A stretch of 44,998 bases of DNA from Thraustochytrium aureum (Eukaryota): NCBI GenBank assembly GCA_012862495.1, contig BLSG01000216.1, positions 477,455-522,452 of the forward strand, given 5' to 3'. Shown piece after piece: positions 10,676-21,265 of this stretch. The notes under the pieces are model-generated. The model ran no database searches. It was not told the DNA's origin and saw only the letters and a list, made by a program, of their open reading frames with translations. Position numbers and translations under genes: made by a program. Within the stretch, counting starts at the first letter, position 1; the number at the start of each line of letters is the position of its first letter.

Positions 10676-13600
10676 TCAGAGCATTCCGCTCGTCCTAGTG
10701 GTCTCGTCGTCATCACTCGAGTACTGGGATGCCGTGGCATCGTCGTCCGTGGCCTGATCCTCTACCTCTCCGGGGTACTCAGCACCTCCATTATCCTCGT
10801 CGTCGTTGTCGTCGTCTATTGTCAGGTCGAGAAGCACTGCGCTCGAGTCGAGCTGGCTCTCGCGCGACAACTCGGACAACGCAGAAGAGGCGCCAGTGGA
10901 GGCGAGACTCTGCCGGTGGCGGTCATCGCTGGCTGCGACTGCCGCCGCAGCAGCCGCCCCAGCCGCAGCCGCAGCCTCCCACCCATCGTCACTGAGGCAG
11001 TACATGTCATCTTGGAAGTCGTCGTTCGATGGCGAAAACTGAGGGAGCTGCGAGCCTTGCTTGCCCTTGCCATTGTGGAGCAAAGGCGGAAGCGACAGCG
11101 AGTCGTTCAGCGAGCTGCGATTACTGAGCTGTGCAACAAGCACGCGAATGTCGCTGTCGTCGCATATCCGCGCGTCTTCCAAGCATTGGCGTCGCTCGGC
11201 GGGCGGATGGTTTCGAGCGACACGCGGTCGCGAGGCGGCGCAGAAACGAAAACGTTTTGCTGGCTCGGCGTGATGCGCAGCATTTGCTCGTCGCGCTCTC
11301 CATTGATGAGGTACTTGTCGTCCATCTTCCAGCTCGCCTTGCGGTCCATGCGCTTCTCGTGCGCCTTCTTGGCCGCGGGCTTGAACAGGTAGCAGAGGCA
11401 GATCACAATGACCAGGAGTGCCAGTGCGCTCAGGGCCATAAGGGCGATCTCGCCCGCAGAGAGCAGCGGCTGGACGAATACCGGGAATCGAGTAGGAGAG
11501 AAAGACGGCGCGCGCGTTGGCGCAACCGTGGGGAACCGCGCCGCCTCGCCAGACCCAGGAGGTAGCGCACCAGAAAGGTACAGGATCTCAACGGCTGCCG
11601 TCGGCAACAACGCCGTCTCGTTCGCTTGCATAGAGGCGAGCAGGGCCTCTGCAACGTCAAAGGGGCTTTGCAAGTCTCGGCCCGTGTAGTTCAAAAGTGC
11701 AAAGTCCACGATTACGCTCCCTCGCGAGACACCCGTGACCCGCACAGTCTTCGCCAGCGGGAAAGCACGCCTGAGATACGCCTCGTGCAGGGCCAGGCTC
11801 TGCGTCTCACGCGTGAAGTTTGCTCGGACAAAGCGCACGCGACTCAAGTAGTCCCGCCCGGTGAACGTCGGTGAGCTCGTCGGTGAGCGCGATGGCCGCT
11901 GCGTCGGGAACGGCGTGGGCGACTCGGTCGTTGGAGCTTTGGTTGTCGGCGAAGCCGTCGGTAGCCGCGTTGGTTTGGCCGTCGGCGACAACGTGGGCTC
12001 AACAGGAACACAATACTCCAGGCCTGTGTTTGACGTCACGTCGCATGTGATCTGGAAAGTCTGCGAGCACTCTAGAGCCCAGACACACTTTGTGTTGGAG
12101 AACCTATTCGGCGTCGTCGAGTTCCTTGAGCTCGACAGTACAAGCCGGTGCAGCGCGCTCGTTCGGCTGAGGTGCTCGGCGACGGTGAACTGGCCTTGCA
12201 TGTTGTTGTCTGGGAGCACCACATCCACGATGCGGCCCTCGCTACACTTTACGAAGCGGCGCATGTCTGGCGTAGTGCAAGAGCAAGGCTGGTCGCGGTT
12301 GCACTTTGCCAGCCAGAGACCCTCCGGCCCGCCCGTCGCATCAAACAACGCCTGCCAGAATGCGAGGTCGTCTGGGTGCACATACGACGAAGTAGGGGCT
12401 TTCGTGACCTGCGGCGTCGGGCGCGGCGTCGCGTGACAAAACAGCGCGCCCTCGACCTTGCATTCCATGCTGGGGCTCGCACACGACTGCATCTCGATGC
12501 AAGGGAGTGCTTTGTTGGGGCCATACCCGGTAATCACGTTCGGAGACCCCGAGCTGCCGCCACCGTCATTCGAGAGTGTGAACTCCACCAGCCCGGAAAG
12601 CTGGCTGAGCCGTTGGGCAGGCAGCGTCGAGGCCTGCAGGTTGTTGTTCTTCAGGCGAATGCGCGTTATGAGCGGCCCGCTGCACTCTACGAAACGGTGC
12701 GACCCAGCTTTGCACGCGCAAGGGTCGTCGCGAAGGTTGGCGCAATAAGACCACTTGGCGCCGTTCGTTGTGTCATATAGAGCGTGCCAAGCTCGGAGGT
12801 TTTCGAAGGAGACTGTCGGCTTGGGTGTGGGCGAGCGGCTCGGCCGCGCCGTCGGTGACGCCGTGGGCCCTGGCGTCAAGTGGCACAGGGTAATTTGGTT
12901 CGGGAAGACGCACGAAGTTCCGCTGCGTTCGCAGCGCGACAGACTCAAACACGGCCCAGGAGGCTTCCCAAAGTTGGCGTTCGATTTGCCGGGATTGTCC
13001 AACCTGAAACTGGTCAAGAATCCCTTGGAAAGCAGCCGGTTGATTTCGCTCGCGGCTTCGCCAAGCCCGCTAAGGTCCACAGAGTTTTGCTGCAGCCGGA
13101 TCTCCACGATGCGCTTGGCCTTGCATGCCACGAACCGTCTGCTGGATCCGTCCCGACTTGCGCAGGGGTCGTTGCGCATCGAACGAAACGAATCCCAGCT
13201 CTCGCCCCCGGTGGCGTCGTGCAAAGCCTGCCAGGCAACCAGATCAGACTCATACACGTCGGGCGGCGCTGGGCGCTCTTCCATCGGTGGTGGGGCCGCG
13301 CAGAATCGTAGGCCCTCAGCATCGACGACGCCCAAGTCGCATTTCGCCAGTCCAGCCGCGCACCTCGAGATCGGCAGGCATTCGAGTGCGCTCGAATCAA
13401 GCGTGACGTTGTTCTGCGTATTTGATCGTGGGTCGGTGTTCTTCAAAAAAATGGTCTGGAGTAACTCAAACTGGTTCACCGCCGCAACCGGCAGTTGGCC
13501 CCACAGCCCGACGTGTGGGAGGCTCAGGACCGTCACTTTGCTCGCTCTGTTGCACGTGACCCTGTCACATCGACAGGGGTCCTCTCGATTCGCTTCGCAC

Positions 13601-14522
13601 TTTCGCCATCTCCGCGTTCCGCTTGGGTGGTGGAGCGCGTCGTAGAACTGGCGCCATGCCCCGAGGTCCGCAAACGCACACAGAGGCCCGTTCGGCATCG
13701 TTGCGCTAAGGTCGTCCCTGAACCCGCAATCGACGCGCCCGCCATCGATGCCGCATTCGTGGAGAATGTCGATGCATTTGTACCGTCCTGCGTTCATCAC
13801 ATTGTTGAACGTGTTGCCCTTGAGGCGGATCTTGGTCAAGGCGGGCATCTCTGCGGTGATGTCCGGAAGAATGCCGGTCATGTTGTTGCTTTCCATCACG
13901 ATGCGGAGGATGCGTCGCGGGAGCGGGATCGCTCCGGTTAGATCTTCGTCACAAACGACGTTGGGGCAGTCGCACGGACGCTCGCGCAGGCCGCTGCACT
14001 CGGCCCACGAATCTCCGCCCGTGCTATCATATAGTCGACGCCATGCCCCCAAGTCGGAGTCTGTGCTGCATGCCTTGGCGCTATCTGGGAGCTGGCAGAG
14101 GACGTCGCTGCCGCACCTTTCAAAGTCGAGGCACGCTTGGCCGTTTTCGAGGAGCCACGGCCCTCCTGAGCTGGACAGCTCGGGGTTGCCGTCGAGATTA
14201 AGTCTCTCAAGTTGTGGGCCAAACATGTCGAGCGTCTCTTTTGAGACATGGCCTCGCATGCCGTTGTTGAACAGTTCGAGGCGCTGGACGGCCCACTCGG
14301 GGCCAGTGTCCACGCAGGTGACCAGTGAGCACTCGCAAGGTGAGTTTTCAAGCGCGCTACAAAGGCGCCAACCGGTGCCGCCTGCGCTGGCGTAGAGAGA
14401 CTGCCACGCTGCGAGGTCGCCGCTCCGCAGCCGTGGTGAATCGATGGTGCGGCGCTTCCGATCGTCATTTCCGTGCCGACGGCCGCCGCCGCCAGCCAGG
14501 CGCCCCAAAAGTGCTTGCTCAT
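10676..14522 (-). CDS. Type-I cell-surface protein: signal-like N-terminus, six Cys-rich LRR N-cap + short LRR modules, Pro/Thr stalks, SEA-like domain, TM helix, acidic/Ser-rich tail; frame breaks at about 14425 and 11183
   Basis: Core ORF 11107-14508 has six repeats of DLxAWxxL(Y/F/H)DxTGG..W..C......PC.C..V.C followed by LxxLxLxxN-type motifs. It also has PTxxPT repeats, RGSVIVDF and TM IALMALSALALLVIVICLCYLF. ATG 14522 (MSKHFWGAWLAAAAVG) joins with +1 G. The tail in ORF 10676-11182 joins with +1 base, which is less certain. Confidence 0.8.
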
Positions 14523-15454
14523 CCTCTGTCGGGGGCGCTTCTTGCTGCGTGCTGGCTGGCTGGCCGGCCGCCTAGAGTGCCGTGGGTTGCTTGAGCGTGG
14601 CCCGAGCTAGAAGCGTGCCCAACCACGCAGCGTCTTGCGACCGTGTGCAGCGGTCTGCAATGCACTTCCCGCGTTCAGGCTTGCGTCGCCCTGTCGCCTT
14701 GTAGGCTCGGACTTTCTGTCCCGAGCGCTTTGCTGATTGCTCGTGCCTGCACAAGGCAGGTAGGCGCACAAGGTCGGTGACCCACTTTTGCTCACCAATT
14801 TGGCAATTGGCCGATCGGCGCTCACCTGACCAAGTTGGGTCAAAGGATGATGAAGGGGGGAAAACTGCGACCCAAGCCGTGGCTCGGCTCTCGCGTCTGG
14901 GTCCTGCGCTGCAAGCGCCACGCGCACCAACAAGGCCGGCGCAGACAGTCTGGCGAGAGGCTTCGTTGCGCGAATGCCTTTGAAAGAATCCAGCCAGCGG
15001 CGCAACTGGAGGGCCAATTGCAGCTCCTCCAGCCCCCAGATGCGGCTCCAACGCGANNNNNNNNNNNNNNNNNNNNNNNNNNNNNNNNNNNNNNNNNNNN
15101 NNNNNNNNNNNNNNNNNNNNNNNNNNNNNNNNNNNNNNNNNNNNNNNNNNNNNNNNNNNNNNNNNNNNNNNNNNNNNNNNNNNNNNNNNNNNNNNNNNNN
15201 NNNNNNNNNNNNNNNNNNNNNNNNNNNNNNNNNNNNNNNNNNNNNNNNNNNNNNNNNNNNNNNNNNNNNNNNNNNNNNNNNNNNNNNNNNNNNNNNNNNN
15301 NNNNNNNNNNNNGCTTCCCCGCATGCTGACGCGTGTTCTTGTTTAACTGAAATGGTAGCTTCGGGCCTGTGCGGTTGTTTGCGGATCCTGCAGGGTCGCC
15401 GCGCGAGGGCCACGCTGCGATGCGGAGTGGGGCAGCCCGCAAGACTCGCCACCT

Positions 15455-15503
15455 TGACGTCATGTGACGAGCGCACTCAAGGGGCTGCGCGTGGATGACG
15501 TCA
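15455..15503. promoter_or_regulatory. Two palindromic CRE/bZIP-type sites TGACGTCA
   Basis: Exact TGACGTCA at 15455-15462 and 15496-15503, with extra TGACG half-sites nearby. Lies about 0.95 kb upstream of the LRR-module gene start. Function is inferred. Confidence 0.4.
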
Positions 15504-15568
15504 TTTCGTGACTTTGCGTGGCGGCGCCCTGGGGTTCTCTTTTCGCACTTTTTGTTGACTGATTTTTC

Positions 15569-15590
15569 TTGATCTTGAAATCAAGATCAA
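15569..15590. repeat. Perfect 10-bp inverted repeat TTGATCTTGA-aa-TCAAGATCAA
   Basis: Read directly in the AT-richer intergenic segment. Confidence 0.85.
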
Positions 15591-16261
15591 TCAATCAACT
15601 GTGGAGCCCGGAGTCACAGGGACGCACGCACGCACGCACTGGCGGCTCGAGCGCCCTCAGCCAAGGAGGCTTGGCCAAGCAAGGCTCGACTGCGCTGGCT
15701 TCAATTGACGGGCGCGCGCAGCTAGGTCTGGCGACTCTGGCCGCGTTTGCGACCGTCGGGGGACATGCAGAATGGCCCGAATCGGCCCACCGCCTGAGCC
15801 GGGGCTCGTGACAGAAGCCAGCCCCAAAACGAGCAATTGATCGATCGATGTCAACGCCGGCCCGGCCGCAGCGAACGAAGTGCCAGCGCTGCCACCAAAT
15901 TTATTAAAAAAAATGTATGAGCTCTGAACGCGGTTTCGCTGGACTACGGCTCGGACTGGCGCGCGGAACTAACTCTCTGTCGGCCAAACGTGCGATCTGC
16001 AGGCAGCGAATTAGAAGTGCAACAACTTGGACGCCGACCTGTCGTGGCGCCAACGAGCGGCTGTCACCATTCAAGCGCTGCATCTTACGGTTCTGGCACA
16101 AGTGCTCTCGAGCACGCAGAATCGGTTGCGTGGCGATGAACGAATCTGCGTCCCTCTCATCGGCGTCAACCCTGATCTTGATCAAGGTGATTTGCCAAGA
16201 TCTGGGCTGGCCATGGTGACAGAGCAAAACGAGCAAAAAAAATGTGATCGCTTTGGCGCCT

Positions 16262-19200
16262 CTAGCCTTGCGCCACAGACGGCGCTCTGACGCTCAGCTC
16301 GTGCCCCTTGACGAAAGCTCTGTGCTCATTCTGGTAGTAGAGCCAGGCGCTCGACGCCGGTGCCCCGTAGCGTCCTGGCACAACGCCCTCGAGCTGGAGA
16401 ACGACCTCGCCGGACCCTGCAGCCTCGAGGCCGTACCAATAGAGGTCAACAAATGTCGGGTGCACCTCGAAGAAGGCGACACGACCTGATGCAACGGCCT
16501 CGCGCAGTGCCGGCACGCGCGGCTCAGTTCCTGCTGGGATTCCAACCCGCGCGACAACCATTGGGACAGGCAGCTCGGGGACTTGTTCCAGACACGTACA
16601 GCGAGATCAACCAAGCCACCCTGGTCCACTTCCGGTTCGCTCAAAGTTGTTTCCAATCCGATGGAGCAGTTCGGGGACCCCTTCGGCGTCTTTGCGTGGT
16701 AGGTGACGCCAAGCGAGTACGGCAGAGCAAAAGCGGCAAGTGCCGCGGCGGCCTCGTCGCCTTGGCGCTCTGCCAGCTCCAGCACCGCGCGCACTCGAAC
16801 GGATTGCCCTGGCGGAAAGAGCGCCGGAGAAGCCCAGGTTGCACTTGGCGCCGTCGCAGAGCTTGCCCCGTCCTCCCCGCCGCCCAATGCGAGCTCCACT
16901 GGCTTGGCCGAGCCGACAGTGACGGAGAGAACGCCCCGCGGAACCAGGTTCTTGGTGACCAAGTTGAACTCCACGATGGCTTGCAGCGCCAGCGCGGTGG
17001 CCTGCGTCGATCCAAACGCGCCAAACTTTGCCTTTCCGAGGATGCAAGTTACTCCCGCGCGGGCGCTGGCAAAGTTGCCGTCCTTTAGGAAGGCAATGAC
17101 CGCCAGCGATGTGGCCTCAACGACGCGCGAGGGGCCGCGCGACATTGTGATTGTTGCAAATCCGCTCTCGCTGCTCTCCTGACTGTGCACGTCGTCAGCC
17201 TTCACAGCGGCGGCGCCCCCGCCGATGCAGCCACTCGTTTCGTCCTGAAGGGCGCCAAGCCTTTTGATGAGCGCCTCAACGAGGCCTCGCTCTTTGCTGA
17301 AATCCTGAAGAATGCAAACCGTCAGCGCGAGCACGTACGGGTCGGCGCTGCTGCTCGCAACTGAGGCCTTGAGCAAAGCCAGCTCGGCGTCAAGCTCGCT
17401 CGCTGGGACCAGCTTGGCACGGGCAAGCGACCACAGGATGTACGCGTTGCTCGTGATCTGTGGGGCCCGACCGAACGAATCCAAGCTCTTCGGGTTTTGC
17501 TCAAAGTCGCCGGACCCGCTGCGGCGCTTGAGCAGCCAAGCCTTTGTCCGCTCGAGCATGGCAGGATCAACCAGCTGCCCGAGGCCAAGCTCCTCGCGCT
17601 GCATTTCTGCAAACTGAACCAGGCCGTAAGCGGTGAGCGCCTCGTGCCCGGGCGAGGCGCCAAACCACTCGAATCCGCCCGTCGACGTCTCGTACGACAC
17701 GAGCTTCGCATAACCTGTGCGCAGATGCTTTCGCGCCCGCTCAATTAGACTAGCGACCTTGCCGGTGCTCAAGTCTAGGGTTACGAGGTAGCGCAGGGCA
17801 AGCACCATCGGGTAGGTTGTCGAGCTCGTCTGCTCAAAACATCCGCACGGCTCCCTGATCATGGCTTCAACGGCGTCGACGAGCTGATCCACGGGTGACG
17901 TGTATGCCTTAAACGCCAGCCGCGCGGAGCCCTCGACAATATCCTTCGGCACCTCGAATTCCCACTCGCTGCTCATCTTGCCATCCTGAAGCGTCCCCGC
18001 CGTGGCCGAGCCGCCGGGAAACCCTTGGAGCCGCACTTTCGTTGAACGCGACACGCGATCGACATGCGATTCGTCCGACGGTGTCCCTGCACGCAGCTTC
18101 GACTTGGTCTTGCCAGGACGGCCAGACACCACGACGTTCACTTCCCGATCGGAGCCGCCTCCGCCCGCGCTCCCCTGGAACGAGGCGAGAAGCGGCAAGA
18201 AGGCAGGTCGCCCTGGGACTGCCTGGGCAACGACTGCCAAATTGTGCTTGTCAGCGCTGGCCCCACTTGCCGGGTCGACTTGGAGACCAGTGCGTGCGAC
18301 GTTCTCCAGAGCAGCCTGGTCGATGGCAAGAGAAAGCCCGCTTGTGGCGCCCTCGCTCTCTGGTTTCGCGGATATCGAGGCCATGCTGAGCTGCACAGTC
18401 AGCGTTTCGCTCGAGCCAGCTTCGACGGTGAGCGGGGCAAGAACCCAATCGCCGCTGTACAGCTCAACAGGGAGCTTGACGTCAACGCGCGCCGCCAGAT
18501 TGGAGACCAGCATTGCGTCGCCTGTACCAAGTCCGCCAAAGCTGTCCATGGCGTCGGCGATGATCTCGAACGAGGTCACAGAGTCGCTCAAGTCGAATTT
18601 TACCCGCGCGGTAAACCTGCCGTCTGCGCCCTTGCTAGTGACCATGTCTGGGTGCCACAGCACGGTCTCCGTGAAGTCGTGTCGCGTCGCGCCAGTCTTG
18701 GCCTTGTGCGCATAGATTCGAGCAAAGCTTTCAACCACCGGACGGCCAACCATCCGCTGCGCTTTCATGAGCGGCTCCGGCGGGACCTCGGCCATGTCTG
18801 GAGCAACGCCTTCCTCCGCGTTGGCCAAGTCCTCGTTCGGGGGCTCAGGCTCGGCAGCGAGGAAATCCATGTCCACTTGCCCGTCCATCGCCATCCCTCC
18901 CGCTGCCATCGCGACGCCCTCGGCCGCATCATCCATTTCCATCTCCGCGTCATCGGCGCCCGCGGCCATCATCACATTGGCTTCCATCATTTCTGGCTGT
19001 CCGCGAGCAAACGCCGCCATCTTGGGCTTCGCGCGGCCCACCATAAACACGTGATGAGGCGGGCGGCGCTGGGCGCCAGAAGCGACCCCAAGGACTCGCA
19101 GGTACTCGTCCTTGTTCCGTTCCAGATTGTTGCCGGCGAGGATCTTGGTGACATTGTGGAACACGAAACGGCGCCACCCTGCAGTCCCGAGAAGCAGATC

Positions 19201-20909
19201 TAAATGGGTCGCGTCGTTCATGTAGGCGCTTGGATCCCGCACTTGCCCGACCTCCGCCTCGAGCATCGCTGCGACCGGAAGCCGCGGGGCGCGCTTGCGC
19301 GGCTCGACAAGCTCGCTTCGCGCGGCATCGGTCACGCGAACGCCGACCGTGGCGGCGGTCGGCTCGGAGGCCCCCCCTGCACTCGGGCGTCGACGAGTCT
19401 CCACCTCGACTTCGACAGTTGACCGCGGACTGGAGACCGAGCCGCTGTCTGCGCCGGCCACCACTCTGACGTGCGTTTCGACATCCCACAGCGGCTTGCG
19501 GAAAACGAGCCGCTCTGCGACGGGCGTCTTGCGGCGCTCGTCGTCCTCGCGCGCATATGCGCCTTCGAAAAGGGTCACCCGAAGAACACCGTCCCCCTTA
19601 CTCGTCTGGCCAGCGCTCAGGAGGACGCGGGCCAGCCCGCTCCCGTCGAGTTTGACATCCTGGACGTCGAGGACTTGCTCGCGCTTTGACAGCGCGACGT
19701 GCATGGTTCCCCATCCGCGCACGAGAATCTCGAGCGGCTCGCCAACGCCAAACACTGCGGGCCGGCCTTCCGGGAGGCTAAGCACAGCAGCGGTGTTTGC
19801 CGCGCCGGCCGTGACTGCGACCGGCAGGTCCACGGAGTCTGTAACAGAAGCAGGTTTCGTGACGCGCANNNNNNNNNNNNNNNNNNNNNNNNNNNNNNNN
19901 NNNNNNNNNNNNNNNNNNNNNNNNNNNNNNNNNNNNNNNNNNNNNNNNNNNNNNNNNNNNNNNNNNNNNNNNNNNNNNNNNNNNNNNNNNNNNNNNNNNN
20001 NNNNNNNNNNNNNNNNNNNNNNNNNNNNNNNNNNNNNNNNNNNNNNNNNNNNNNNNNNNNNNNNNNNNNNNNNNNNNNNNNNNNNNNNNNNNNNNNNNNN
20101 NNNNNNNNNNNNNNNNNNNNNNNNNNNNNNNNNNNNNNNNNNNNNNNNNNNNNNNNNNNNNNNNNNNNNNNNNNNNNNNNNNNNNNNNNNNNNNNNNNNN
20201 NNNNNNNNNNNNNNNNNNNNNNNNNNNNNNNNNNNNNNNNNNNNNNNNNNNNNNNNNNNNNNNNNNNNNNNNNNNNNNNNNNNNNNNNNNNNNNNNNNNN
20301 NNNNNNNNNNNNNNNNNNNNNNNNNNNNNGCCTTGGCTGGAGGCTGCCGAGCGGGAATGTCGCGCCGCTTGCCGACTTCAAGGACGCGGAAATACCTCCC
20401 CAAATAAGCCCTTGCCGGCACGGCACTTGAGTGATGGCGTTCAAAAGCACAGCGCGGATATGCAGCTGGTCTCCTGGTCGGTACAGCTCTTTGTCGCTCT
20501 GGATATTGCAGGTGAACCTGTTCGCGAGCTCAAACGGGTTGAGGTCTTCGGCGCTGCCCTCGCCTCGGCTGGGGTGTGCGCCAAACCTGCCATCCATATC
20601 GGCGACGAGAGCGCCTGGGCCCCCGACGTGGCCCCCGACCGTGGCCAGGCCATTCTCCACACCGTCCACCGTGCTCTCGCGCGCCACAAACCCCTTCCGA
20701 CCGCGCCAAGCGCAACGACCGCGAGCACCACAAGCAGGCCCGCCAGGGCTCTTCCTGTCCCGGCCTCCCTTCAGTTCGCCCTTGCCCGCGTCCTTCTGCT
20801 CCCCTTCCGCGTTTGCAGCGCCGACGTGGCCCATCCTGGCGCGCGCACCCATCGGCGAGTTGCTGCGACGCCTTGCTCCGGTGCTGCTGAGGCCGCCGTC
20901 GTTTGGCAT
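16262..20909 (-). CDS. Alpha-2-macroglobulin family thioester-containing protein (TEP); gap at 19869-20329; frameshift at about 16578; start uncertain
   Basis: MG2 motif QSDKELYRPGD, then VAERLVFR, LDLLLGTAGWRRF, low-complexity bait-like region, RHDFTETVLWHP and FDLSDSVTSF. Thioester motif PCGCFEQTSSTTYP (CFEQ at 17830-17841). TED motifs GGFEWFGASPGHEALTAYGL and FGSTQATALAL. C-terminal domain MVVARVGIPAG...PGRYGAPASSAWLYY is reached by restoring one C. Confidence 0.92.
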
Positions 20910-21265
20910 TCCGTGCGCGCCACTGCTCCCCGTGGCGCTTCGCCTGCTGTGCGCTGTCTGCTCTGCTGCGCCTGCCTGCGCGCCCTGCGCCTTCTCGTTC
21001 GGTGTCTGCTTGCTGCTTTCTCCGCATCTTTGATCTCCCTGAATCCTGAAACCGAAGAACGTCCCACGCAGGTTTGATGTGTCGTCGGACGGGCCAACAA
21101 CAACCTTGCGCTGTACCTACTCGAGAACGGGGACGCGAAGCCGGCGCGCCCCAGGCCTGCTGCTTCAGGCAGCCAGCCAGCGTGGCGCTGATCGGGGGAA
21201 TACGGTAGTGCCTGTCAGTGTGCTGCAAGAAGGCGACATTTTCGTTTCGGTTGGAAGAGGCAAGG

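Noticed and set aside
14523..16261. Transposon or MITE in the long intergenic region
   Set aside because: No transposase or RT fragment, and no terminal inverted repeats with target-site duplication. Only short palindromes are seen, and part of the region is a gap.
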